NCBI GenBank assembly: GCA_918285425.1
Contig: CAKJZE010000022.1
Span: 1 to 36,195, forward strand
DNA: 36,195 bases
DNA from: Clostridiales bacterium
Lineage (GTDB): Bacteria > Bacillota > Clostridia > Christensenellales > UBA1242
Direction of reading: 5' to 3'
The notes below the pieces were generated by a model. It saw only the letters and a list, made by a program, of their open reading frames with translations, was not told the DNA's origin and ran no database searches. Numbering within the stretch: the first letter of the stretch is position 1; every line of letters starts with the position of its first letter. The position numbers were made by a program, and so were the translations under genes. This document shows positions 1-8,298 of the stretch, one piece after another.

Positions 1-991
1 GTATAAATCCATTTTGACCACCAGCTTGTGAAGAAATATTTAAATATTTTTCATAGTCTGAAAGATGCTTTTGGCTTACATCAAAAAGTCCCAAAAAAAG
101 TGCTGTCATATTTTTGACTTCAGGGCCTTCAATTCGTATCGCAGAATCTTTCCATTGTCCCAAAGTACTCTTTTGATTGATGTATTCGTCTGCAATATTA
201 ACACCACCCGTATAGCCAACAATCCCATCAATAACTGCAAGTTTTCTGTGGTCACGATTGTTGTGCAGACCTGAAATAAAGGGTTTGAAAGAATTGAATT
301 TTCTGCAATCAATACCCTCGTTTTGCAGTTTTTTCCAACAATTATTTGCAATTTTACCTGCAGAGCCTATGTCATCATAAAGCATTTTTACTTGCACATT
401 TTCTTTAACTTTTTTAAGAAGCTCACTGTGTAAAGTCTGCCACATTTTGCCATCATCTATTATAAAATACTCAAGAAAAATAAACTTTTCAGCCACTTTT
501 ATATCATCAATTAAACTTTCAAAATATTTTTCTCCATCATCAAAAAATTCACAACTGTTATTATAACTGCCATGCGTTTGCGTTGCATATCCCAAATAAT
601 TTTCAATTCCAATCTCATCTGAATCCGGCAGTAAAGATATATCAGTTTTCTCTGCCATAAATTTCTTTGCATCTTCCCTGCTTTTGCCAATGATTGTCAT
701 GTGACTTTTTGTTGGCATATTGTTTGCAATCAAAAAATATAATGTGATTCCAAGCACTGGAAAAATCATAAATGCAACAAGCCATGGAATTTTTAGTTCT
801 GGTATTTCATGCTTGCTTATAAGGCTTAAAAATAGAATGACTCCCAAAATTGCCACAACAATATTTAACCACGGAACCGAGCTTTGCCAAAATGTAAAGG
901 AGAGCACAATAAAAGCAATCTCAACAACTATGGCGAAAGACACCAGCACAAAGCGGTTAAAAATAAATTTAAAAATCTTTGAAATCTTCAT
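1..991 (-). CDS. cls: Cardiolipin synthase, N-terminal part (runs off the window start)
   Basis: Not in the ORF track. Read by hand from ATG at 991: MKISKIFKFIFNRFVLVSFAIVVEIAF..., hydrophobic N-terminus, then the PLD HKD motif HNNRDHRKLAVIDGIVGYTGGVNIADEY around 180-270. Confidence 0.92.
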   Translation of the reverse strand, partial: MKISKIFKFIFNRFVLVSFAIVVEIAFIVLSFTFWQSSVPWLNIVVAILGVILFLSLISKHEIPELKIPWLVAFMIFPVLGITLYFLIANNMPTKSHMTIIGKSREDAKKFMAEKTDISLLPDSDEIGIENYLGYATQTHGSYNNSCEFFDDGEKYFESLIDDIKVAEKFIFLEYFIIDDGKMWQTLHSELLKKVKENVQVKMLYDDIGSAGKIANNCWKKLQNEGIDCRKFNSFKPFISGLHNNRDHRKLAVIDGIVGYTGGVNIADEYINQKSTLGQWKDSAIRIEGPEVKNMTALFLGLFDVSQKHLSDYEKYLNISSQAGGQNGFI

Positions 992-1134
992 ATTGAATAG
1001 TATTTGATAAACACTATACAAGTATTCTTAAACAACATATCAACTTCACAATTGACCATAAAAATTTTGTTGTTTTTAGTTCTATTTTGTTGTTTAACTC
1101 ATTTTTTTGTGCTAAAATGAATATAGGTGAAAAT

Positions 1135-1719
1135 ATGAAAGACATTAAAGAAATAATCGCACAAAACCTTATTGAACTTCGCAAGAAAAATAATTTGACA
1201 CAAAATGAACTCGCAGAAAAATTAAACTATTCTGATAATACAATCTCCAGGTGGGAACATGCAGAGATTACACCCAGCATTGAAACACTTGACCAAATCG
1301 CAAAAATTTACAGTGTTCCAGTGGAGTCTCTTTTAAAAGAAAATGCAACTGCACAAAGTGAAAAAGAAAAACGCATAGACATTGCAAAACACATTGCAAC
1401 AATTATTATATGCGTATGTCAAGTATGGCTTTTTGCAGCAATTGGATTTTTCTATATTCACACTACCACATCGCAAATTGCATGGATGCTTTTTGTATGG
1501 GCAATTCCACTTTCTTGCATTATTGCTTTTATGTTATCCCTTCGTTGGCACAACAAAATTACAAACTTTGTTCTTTTATCTGTTCTGCTTTGGTCAACTA
1601 TTTCTTCATTTTATTTGCAATATTTACAATATAATCTTTATTTACTTTTCATAATTGGCATACCAATTCAAACATCACTTGCAATTTACTTTTTCATGAA
1701 AAGAAAAGATAAAAAATAA
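1135..1719 (+). CDS. XRE-family HTH transcriptional regulator with C-terminal 4-TM membrane domain
   Basis: LIELRKKNNLTQNELAEKLNYSDNTISRWE is a Cro/C1 HTH, followed by four hydrophobic segments. Start moved to ATG 1135 behind the AGGTGA SD. Confidence 0.88.
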   Translation: MKDIKEIIAQNLIELRKKNNLTQNELAEKLNYSDNTISRWEHAEITPSIETLDQIAKIYSVPVESLLKENATAQSEKEKRIDIAKHIATIIICVCQVWLFAAIGFFYIHTTTSQIAWMLFVWAIPLSCIIAFMLSLRWHNKITNFVLLSVLLWSTISSFYLQYLQYNLYLLFIIGIPIQTSLAIYFFMKRKDKK

Positions 1720-1744
1720 AAACGCATTTGCGTTTTTATTTTTT
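1711..1744. terminator. Bidirectional intrinsic terminator overlapping both convergent stop codons
   Basis: AAAAAATAAAAACGCA-TT-TGCGTTTTTATTTTTT inverted repeat. Confidence 0.8.
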
Positions 1745-2542
1745 GTAAAATTCTTCATAACATTGCTTGTATTTCTGCAAACACTGATTTCGCATTTTAT
1801 CAATATTCTCTTTAACAGCAACAGAATTATCAGGATAAATTGGCTTTAATATATTAACAATAAATTGTTTTATTCCTGTCTCACTTTCTATTGAGGCTTT
1901 TGTTTGTTTAAAAGTGATAAATATTGGCAATATTGGCACATTGTTTTTAACAGCAATATGATAAGCTCCCGTTTCATGTGGACGTGGTTTTTCATACCCC
2001 CACCACTCTGCTCTTTCTGGAAAAAATGTTATAAAATTTCCCTTATCAAGCAATTGCTTTACGCTTTCAAAGAAGTTTTTTTGAGCAGAGAAGTTTGCAC
2101 TCATTGGAAGCAGTCCACCAGCACGCATCATGTCACCCAAAAAGCCCTTCATGTTGTTAAATTCCGCCGCCGTAAAATATGTTTTGTGTGGACGCAGTGC
2201 ATGACGTACAACCATGCAGTCAAGTTTGTTGACGTGGTTACAACAAACCACTGCACTTTTAAGTCCCTGCAAATTTTCTTTGCCAATCACTTCAGTTTGA
2301 AAAAGCTTGTTTGCACATCTTTCCACACGATTGACAACAAATATTCTCTTAAAAAAATAGTCTAACTTTTTAAATATATTTTTTGGAATATATTGAAAAT
2401 TTTTATCTACTGGAATATATGGTGCAGGGTTGGTATCAAGATGCTCATTAAACTTGCCAGCTTTTTCATACTCTTTTATTTTTTCGAGTGTTTGCAAATC
2501 TGTATTTGCAAGCATGTTGACATATTTTTTAATCACTCCCAT
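1736..2542 (-). CDS. PlsC/LPLAT-superfamily acyltransferase
   Basis: Catalytic NHxxxxD (CNHVNKLD), FFPE motif, and GAYHIAVKNNVPILPI block. Confidence 0.85.
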   Translation of the reverse strand: MGVIKKYVNMLANTDLQTLEKIKEYEKAGKFNEHLDTNPAPYIPVDKNFQYIPKNIFKKLDYFFKRIFVVNRVERCANKLFQTEVIGKENLQGLKSAVVCCNHVNKLDCMVVRHALRPHKTYFTAAEFNNMKGFLGDMMRAGGLLPMSANFSAQKNFFESVKQLLDKGNFITFFPERAEWWGYEKPRPHETGAYHIAVKNNVPILPIFITFKQTKASIESETGIKQFIVNILKPIYPDNSVAVKENIDKMRNQCLQKYKQCYEEFYKK

Positions 2543-3098
2543 TTATTTGTTTCCTTTTGTTAAAGTTATAAAGTGCAATAAGTCTTATTCTGTTATATCT
2601 TTGCACAATAACCGGCAGTGTTTGCAGCACGGCATTGATAAAACAAACAGGAAGCACAACTGTCAATTTAATCGGCATAAATGCAAGTGGTATAAATCCC
2701 AAAAAAATTGATATTATGTGCATAACCTCTGCATAGCATGTTTCCCTTAAAAACTTAAGCACATACTCATTATTGTTTGGTTGTTCAACGTTGGTCTTTG
2801 AAAAATGACATAAATACTTGCCACTTTCAGGTATAATATCTTTCCACTTTCTTACCCCCAACTTTTCCCAAAATGAACGTTCTTTTTGCGAAGCCTGAAA
2901 ACACTTTGCAAAAGGGTTTATCTTTCTTTCTGGCACAGCATGAACAACTGCAGCGACTATTGCATCAATGGCAACAACTGCAAAAAGGGTCAGTCCTGAA
3001 ATCTTAAAGACGTACCAAAATGTATAATCATAAAGCAAGCTGTTCAGCAAAGTTATTGTTGAAAACGAAAGCAGTATGATAATTGAATACAAAATCAT
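2529..3098 (-). CDS. CrtO-like (glycosyl-4,4'-diaponeurosporenoate acyltransferase family) membrane protein
   Basis: Motifs WEKLGVRKWKDIIP, LRETCYAEVMH and IVQRYNRIRL match my recollection of the CrtO family. Several TM helices; AAGGA SD upstream of ATG 3098. Confidence 0.7.
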   Translation of the reverse strand: MILYSIIILLSFSTITLLNSLLYDYTFWYVFKISGLTLFAVVAIDAIVAAVVHAVPERKINPFAKCFQASQKERSFWEKLGVRKWKDIIPESGKYLCHFSKTNVEQPNNNEYVLKFLRETCYAEVMHIISIFLGFIPLAFMPIKLTVVLPVCFINAVLQTLPVIVQRYNRIRLIALYNFNKRKQINGSD

Positions 3099-4284
3099 AG
3101 TTTAAAATTCCTTTGACATATTTTGCCTCATTTGAAGCATTGTCAAGATAGTCAGCAAAAAGTTTAGCCTGCATGCTTACTTTGTTAAGCTCACCAGATT
3201 GTTCTGCAAACAAAGCCAAGAACAATGTTGTGAAGGCGTACGCCATTTTAAACTCTTTGTCATTTGCCCTTTCCTCATAGATTTGGTGACAGCAACGCAC
3301 AAACAGACGTGCCAGCACTTCTTTAGTTTTTGGCAGCATCATTTTAAGTTTAATACCATTTTTCTCTTCTGCTTTATATGCTGATTTAAAATTCTTGTCT
3401 GACATTGCAGTAAGCATTTCACAGGCAAGTGCCTTTTCACTTATCCCAATGCCAAAATAGATTGGTAGTTGAATAAAGAAGAAGTCAAGCGCCCTTATGT
3501 ATGCAAGTTTATTTACATTTTTAACGGGGATTTTCTTTTCCTTTATTGCACTTTCAATAATAGCTTTTCTTTTTGGCACAAGATTTACACCCAAAAAGTA
3601 GATGCTTTTTTTGTGCAGCCAAAATTCTGGAGTTTTAACAATCCCTGCAATACAAGAATTATTTCCACCATCAGGACTCACAAAATAATTATACAAATAT
3701 TCGTCGGTTGTTGCAACTCTTTTGACATTTACAAGATTTGCAAGATTGCACAGTTCGTCCTCTGAAAATCTTTCAGTTTCATCAAAAAATTCGGTAAAGC
3801 ATGCTCTTTTCCAAATTTTATTCCATGGCACTGTCAACGCAAAGGTGTCTTGAAAAAGCTCCATAAAGTCATTTTCATCACTCATATCAAAAACTCGATT
3901 TGTACAATACGTCTTGAAAAATGGGTGATTAAACCTGCATATTGCAAGTTGAGCATCATTTTTTTCAAGCAGTCCAACCATCTTTTCAATCATCATTGGG
4001 TTCAAATCATCATCTGCGTCCATAAACTGCAGATACTCCCCAGTTGCATGGCTTACCCCAACATTTCTTGCACGAGATACTCCACCATGTGTCATGTCTA
4101 TTGCAATAAAACGGCTGTCCATTTGGGCATACTTTTGCATAACTAAAAGCGTATCATCACTGCTTGCATCATTGACTGTGATGACTTCAAAATCTTTATA
4201 GGTTTGATTTAATATGCTTTGATAGCATCTGTCAAGTGTCTTCTCTGCATTGTATGCCGGAATAACTATTGAAACTTTTTTCAT
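3028..4284 (-). CDS. GT2-family glycosyltransferase with extended C-terminal region
   Basis: VSIVIPAYNAEK, VNDASSD, GVSRARNVG, FMDADD (DxD), PWNKIW and SED motifs. Confidence 0.92.
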   Translation of the reverse strand: MKKVSIVIPAYNAEKTLDRCYQSILNQTYKDFEVITVNDASSDDTLLVMQKYAQMDSRFIAIDMTHGGVSRARNVGVSHATGEYLQFMDADDDLNPMMIEKMVGLLEKNDAQLAICRFNHPFFKTYCTNRVFDMSDENDFMELFQDTFALTVPWNKIWKRACFTEFFDETERFSEDELCNLANLVNVKRVATTDEYLYNYFVSPDGGNNSCIAGIVKTPEFWLHKKSIYFLGVNLVPKRKAIIESAIKEKKIPVKNVNKLAYIRALDFFFIQLPIYFGIGISEKALACEMLTAMSDKNFKSAYKAEEKNGIKLKMMLPKTKEVLARLFVRCCHQIYEERANDKEFKMAYAFTTLFLALFAEQSGELNKVSMQAKLFADYLDNASNEAKYVKGILNYDFVFNYHTAFVFNNNFAEQLAL

Positions 4285-4309
4285 TTTGTACCCTCGCTCT
4301 TATGCTGTT

Positions 4310-4338
4310 AGTTTATGCAAATAATATCATTTTTACAA
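4310..4338 (-). promoter_or_regulatory. Putative sigma-A promoter of the GT2 operon
   Basis: TTGTAA-17 bp-TAAACT on the minus strand, upstream of a GAGGG SD. Confidence 0.5.
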
Positions 4339-4482
4339 GGGAATGTGACGAAATCTGCTTCCATATTAAAAGTATGAACTGGGAATTTAAAAAAATCACC
4401 TGGCAAAATATGGGAATTGTGCCTTTTCGTCAGTATTTACGCGTGTTTTAAATTTTTGAATAAAATATAAACAGAAATTTAC

Positions 4483-4512
4483 TTGACTTTTATTTCACAA
4501 AAAAACTATAAT
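4483..4512 (+). promoter_or_regulatory. Sigma-A promoter of gpmI (likely leaderless)
   Basis: TTGACT-18 bp-TATAAT, with the ATG 6 nt downstream and no SD. Confidence 0.7.
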
Positions 4513-4518
4513 GAAGCC

Positions 4519-6012
4519 ATGGTAACATTAGTAATTTTAGACGGATTTGGGCTTCGTGATGAAGTCACAGGAAATGCCATAAAAATGCAAGGCACTCCAA
4601 ATTTAGATAAGTTAAATGAATACCCACATGCCACCTTGCTTGCAAGTGGATATGCAGTGGGTCTTACAGATGGACAGATGGGCAACAGCGAAGTTGGACA
4701 TCTTAATCTTGGTGCAGGAAGAGTTGTCTATCAAGATCTTCCAAGAATTGATAACGCCATTGCTGACAAAAGTTTTTTTGAAAACAAAGCAATAAATAAT
4801 ACAATAGATCACTGCATAAAAAACAACTCTGCACTGCATCTTATGGGGCTTTTATCAGATGGCGGCGTTCACAGCCATATTGAACATCTTATTGCCCTTA
4901 TTCAACATGCCAGCAGAAAGGGTGTCAAAGAAATTTATATACATGCAATTATGGACGGCCGTGACACTCCAAAAGACAGCGGACTGGAATTCATACGCTA
5001 TATTGAACGTCACTTACACAATGCAAAAATTGCGACTGTTTGTGGCAGGGTCTATACTATGGATCGTGAACAGCGTTGGGATCGCGTGCAAAAAGCATAC
5101 AATATGATGGCTTTTGGAAAAGCTGACAAAAAGGCAAGCACCGCCGAAGAGGCACTGCAAAACAGCTACAGTGAGGGCATTTTTGATGAATTTGTACTGC
5201 CAACCATTATTGGCACACCTCACCCTGTTGAAGATAATGATGGAGTAATATTTTATAATTATCGCACTGACCGTGCAAGAGAGATAACAAGGGCATTCAC
5301 ACAAAGACCTTTTGACGAGTTTAAAACTAAATCTTATAAAAATTTAATGTATTGTTGTATGACAGAATATGATGCAAGTTTTACCGGGCTTCAAATTGCT
5401 TTTCCACCAGAAAAAATTGAGGACAACCTTTCAGCAATACTTTCAGAAAAAGGACTTAAACAATTTCACACAAGCGAAACCACAAAGTATGCTCACGTTA
5501 CATTCTTCTTCAATGGAGGAATTGAAAAAGCATACCCTGGAGAGGACAGAAAACTTACAGACTCTTGGAATGTACAGGACTACAGTCAAACCCCAAACAT
5601 GAAGGCATATGAAATCACTGAAGATGTGATCAATGCCATCAAAAGCAAAAAATATGATTTCGTGCTTGTCAACCTTTCAAATGCAGACATGCTTGGCCAC
5701 ACAGGGAATATTCCTGCAACCATGCAGACAATTAAAGTTGTTGATGAATGTGCATATAAAATTGCAATGCAAACAATTGACGCAGGTGGTGATTGCATCA
5801 TCACTGCCGATCACGGAAATGCCGAGCTTATGCTTGACGAAAATGGCAAACCGGTGACAAGTCACACAACCAATCCTGTTCCAATCTGGCTTGTCAGTGA
5901 GAAACACAAGAACATCAACCTCAGCAATGGCAAACTTTCAAACGTTGCACCAACTGTTTTAAAACTGCTTGAAATCGAAATCCCAAAAGTTATGAACAAA
6001 CCACTATTTTAG
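4519..6012 (+). CDS. gpmI: 2,3-bisphosphoglycerate-independent phosphoglycerate mutase
   Basis: LVILDGFG, QMGNSEVGH, DGGVHSH, ETTKYAHVTFFFNGG, DMLGHTG and TADHGNAE motifs. Confidence 0.97.
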   Translation: MVTLVILDGFGLRDEVTGNAIKMQGTPNLDKLNEYPHATLLASGYAVGLTDGQMGNSEVGHLNLGAGRVVYQDLPRIDNAIADKSFFENKAINNTIDHCIKNNSALHLMGLLSDGGVHSHIEHLIALIQHASRKGVKEIYIHAIMDGRDTPKDSGLEFIRYIERHLHNAKIATVCGRVYTMDREQRWDRVQKAYNMMAFGKADKKASTAEEALQNSYSEGIFDEFVLPTIIGTPHPVEDNDGVIFYNYRTDRAREITRAFTQRPFDEFKTKSYKNLMYCCMTEYDASFTGLQIAFPPEKIEDNLSAILSEKGLKQFHTSETTKYAHVTFFFNGGIEKAYPGEDRKLTDSWNVQDYSQTPNMKAYEITEDVINAIKSKKYDFVLVNLSNADMLGHTGNIPATMQTIKVVDECAYKIAMQTIDAGGDCIITADHGNAELMLDENGKPVTSHTTNPVPIWLVSEKHKNINLSNGKLSNVAPTVLKLLEIEIPKVMNKPLF

Positions 6013-6024
6013 GATCTGATTATT

Positions 6025-6762
6025 ATGATATATCTGAAAAGTCTTAATATTGAAAATTTAAACAATAAAGATGAATATCCATTTAATCTACCTTTATTTA
6101 AAACTAATAAATGTGTATTATTCAATAAACCAATAACTTTTATTACTGGTGATAACGGATCAGGTAAAAGCACACTGCTGGAAAATTTAGCTGTTAAGGT
6201 TGGGTTTAATATAACCGGTGGAAATAAGAATCATTCTTATCAAAACCATGGTGTAAACGACAATCTTGACATAGCAAACTGTATGCAACTTACTTGGAAT
6301 ATAAAAACATGTGAAGGTTTTTTCTTTAGGGCTGAAAGTTTTTTTGATTTTGTTAAATATATTGATAAACTTGCCGAGTACAATGGAAACTATGTATTTT
6401 CACCATACGGAGGTAAATCACTACAAAACCAATCTCATGGCGAGTCATTTCTTTCATTATTTCAAAATAAGTTTAATAAAGGTCTTTTTATTCTTGATGA
6501 ACCAGAAGCTGCTTTATCACCTGAAAAACAACTGGCATTATTAAATGTTTTAAATAATCTTGCATCAACAGATAAATGCCAATTTATTATTGCCACTCAC
6601 TCCCCTATTCTTATAGCATGCCCAAATTCTGAAACATATGAAATCACAAATGGCAATCTTATAAAAACTGATTATAAATCAACAAAACAATTCCAATTTT
6701 ATAAAGATTTTATAAACAGTCCTGAAAGATTTTTAAAATATTTATTCAATGATTCAATTTAA
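6025..6762 (+). CDS. Stand-alone ABC/AAA_21-type ATPase (COG3910-like)
   Basis: Walker A GDNGSGKST, signature SHGESF, Walker B LDEPEAALSP and H-loop ATHSP. Visibly more AT-rich than gpmI. Confidence 0.88.
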   Translation: MIYLKSLNIENLNNKDEYPFNLPLFKTNKCVLFNKPITFITGDNGSGKSTLLENLAVKVGFNITGGNKNHSYQNHGVNDNLDIANCMQLTWNIKTCEGFFFRAESFFDFVKYIDKLAEYNGNYVFSPYGGKSLQNQSHGESFLSLFQNKFNKGLFILDEPEAALSPEKQLALLNVLNNLASTDKCQFIIATHSPILIACPNSETYEITNGNLIKTDYKSTKQFQFYKDFINSPERFLKYLFNDSI

Positions 6763-6773
6763 CATTATATATT

Positions 6774-6832
6774 AAAAAATCTACCACAATTCGACTTTAT
6801 TGTTTGATATGGTAGATTTTTTCATGTATAAT
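6774..6832 (+). promoter_or_regulatory. 13-bp inverted repeat (terminator and/or operator) overlapping a sigma-A promoter
   Basis: AAAAAATCTACCA (6774-6786) and TGGTAGATTTTTT (6810-6822); TTGATA (6804-6809)-17 bp-TATAAT (6827-6832). Confidence 0.7.
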
Positions 6833-6857
6833 AAAGTTATACAAAAGGAGAAACCAC

Positions 6858-8168
6858 ATGAAAAACTATTCATTTGCAGATACATTATACAAACTTCGAA
6901 AAGCTGAAGGCATGTCACAAAAGCAACTTTCAGAAAGTCTTGACGTGACAAACAAAGCAATCAGCAAGTGGGAAACTGGCGGAGCCTTCCCCTCTGTCAG
7001 TCAACTTATAAAAATTTCAGATCTGTTCAACATTTCTCTTGATGAATTACTTAAACCAACAAATAACAGTACCAAAAATATAACTAAAATTTGTATCACT
7101 GGTGGTCCATGTGCAGGTAAATCCACAGCGCTCAGCTGGATTCAAACAGAGTTCAGAAAAAAAGGATACACTGTGTTATTTGTGCCAGAAACCGCAACAG
7201 AACTTATACTTGGTGGCATAGCCCCTTGGACAATAGACACAAATATAAATTTTGAAACCTATATCATAAAACTTCAAATTGAAAAAGAGAAGTTGTTTGA
7301 AGAAGCAGCAAAACATATATATAATAGTGACAAAGTGTTGATTGTTTGCGATCGCGGAACACTTGATTGCAAATCCTATATGACCGAATCAGAATTCGCC
7401 AATGCAATGAAAAAACTTGGCACAACTGAAGTCAAGCTACGTGACAACTATGATGCAGTTTTCCATCTTGTAACAGCTGCAAATGGTGCAAAAGATTTTT
7501 ATAATTTCGACAACAATAAAGCAAGATACGAATCAATTGAAGAAGCCATAAAAAGTGACGAAAAAACTCTTAACGGTTGGACAGGACACTCACATTTGCG
7601 TGTCATTGACAACTCTTCAGACTTTGAGCATAAAATGAGACGTCTTATGGCAGAAATCTCACTCTTTCTTGGCGAACCTGCACCTTATGAAATTGAACGT
7701 AAATTTCTGATTGAATACCCTTCCCTGAAAATGCTTGACAACTTACCAAATTGCCACAAAGTTGAAATTGTACAAACCTATCTTAAATCAACAAAGGGCA
7801 CAGACGTCCGAGTTCGTCAACGTGGGGAAAATGGAAGCTTCACATACACAAAGACCATCAAACAAAAAGTTTCAGATATGAAACGTATTGAAACTGAAAC
7901 AAGAATTACCAAAGATGACTATATCAGGCTGCTTGTTCAGGCAGACACCACAAAACATCAAATAATAAAAACCAGATACTGTTTGATGCATGAAGGGCAA
8001 TATTTTGAAATAGATATTTACCCATTTTGGCAAGATCAAGCCATTATGGAAATTGAACTTCTTGAAGAAAACCAAAAAATAAAATTTCCAAAATTTATTA
8101 AGATAAAAGAAGAAGTTACTGGAAACCCAAAATATTTCAATACAGAACTTGCAAAATTAAACAGTTAA
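6858..8168 (+). CDS. XRE HTH / AAA_28 (NadR-like P-loop kinase) / CYTH triphosphate-tunnel fusion protein
   Basis: N-terminal HTH (LRKAEGMSQKQLSESLDVTNKAISKWETG); ITGGPCAGKST Walker A with CDRGTLD; CYTH ExExK motif EIERKFL plus RVRQR, EIDIY and EIEL. AAGGAG SD. Confidence 0.85.
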   Translation: MKNYSFADTLYKLRKAEGMSQKQLSESLDVTNKAISKWETGGAFPSVSQLIKISDLFNISLDELLKPTNNSTKNITKICITGGPCAGKSTALSWIQTEFRKKGYTVLFVPETATELILGGIAPWTIDTNINFETYIIKLQIEKEKLFEEAAKHIYNSDKVLIVCDRGTLDCKSYMTESEFANAMKKLGTTEVKLRDNYDAVFHLVTAANGAKDFYNFDNNKARYESIEEAIKSDEKTLNGWTGHSHLRVIDNSSDFEHKMRRLMAEISLFLGEPAPYEIERKFLIEYPSLKMLDNLPNCHKVEIVQTYLKSTKGTDVRVRQRGENGSFTYTKTIKQKVSDMKRIETETRITKDDYIRLLVQADTTKHQIIKTRYCLMHEGQYFEIDIYPFWQDQAIMEIELLEENQKIKFPKFIKIKEEVTGNPKYFNTELAKLNS

Positions 8169-8181
8169 CAGATAAACAATC

Positions 8182-8217
8182 AAAAGACACATGAAATGAG
8201 TTCATGTGTCTTTTTTT
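8182..8217 (+). terminator. Intrinsic terminator
   Basis: AAAAGACACATGAA-ATGAG-TTCATGTGTCTTTT followed by a T run. Confidence 0.85.
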
Positions 8218-8298
8218 ATCAACATTTATATAACAATAATTTACTTCCAAGAATACAATAAAATAGTGGCTTCTTGCCACCTCACACAAGGGGAAATT

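Noticed and set aside
65-1007. ORF-track ORFs 65-274, 106-351 and 720-1007
   Set aside because: They are shadows or alternative frames of the partial cls gene on the minus strand.
992-1050. Leaderless promoter for cls
   Set aside because: There is no SD, but TACTAT-5-ATG lacks a properly spaced -35, so it is ambiguous.
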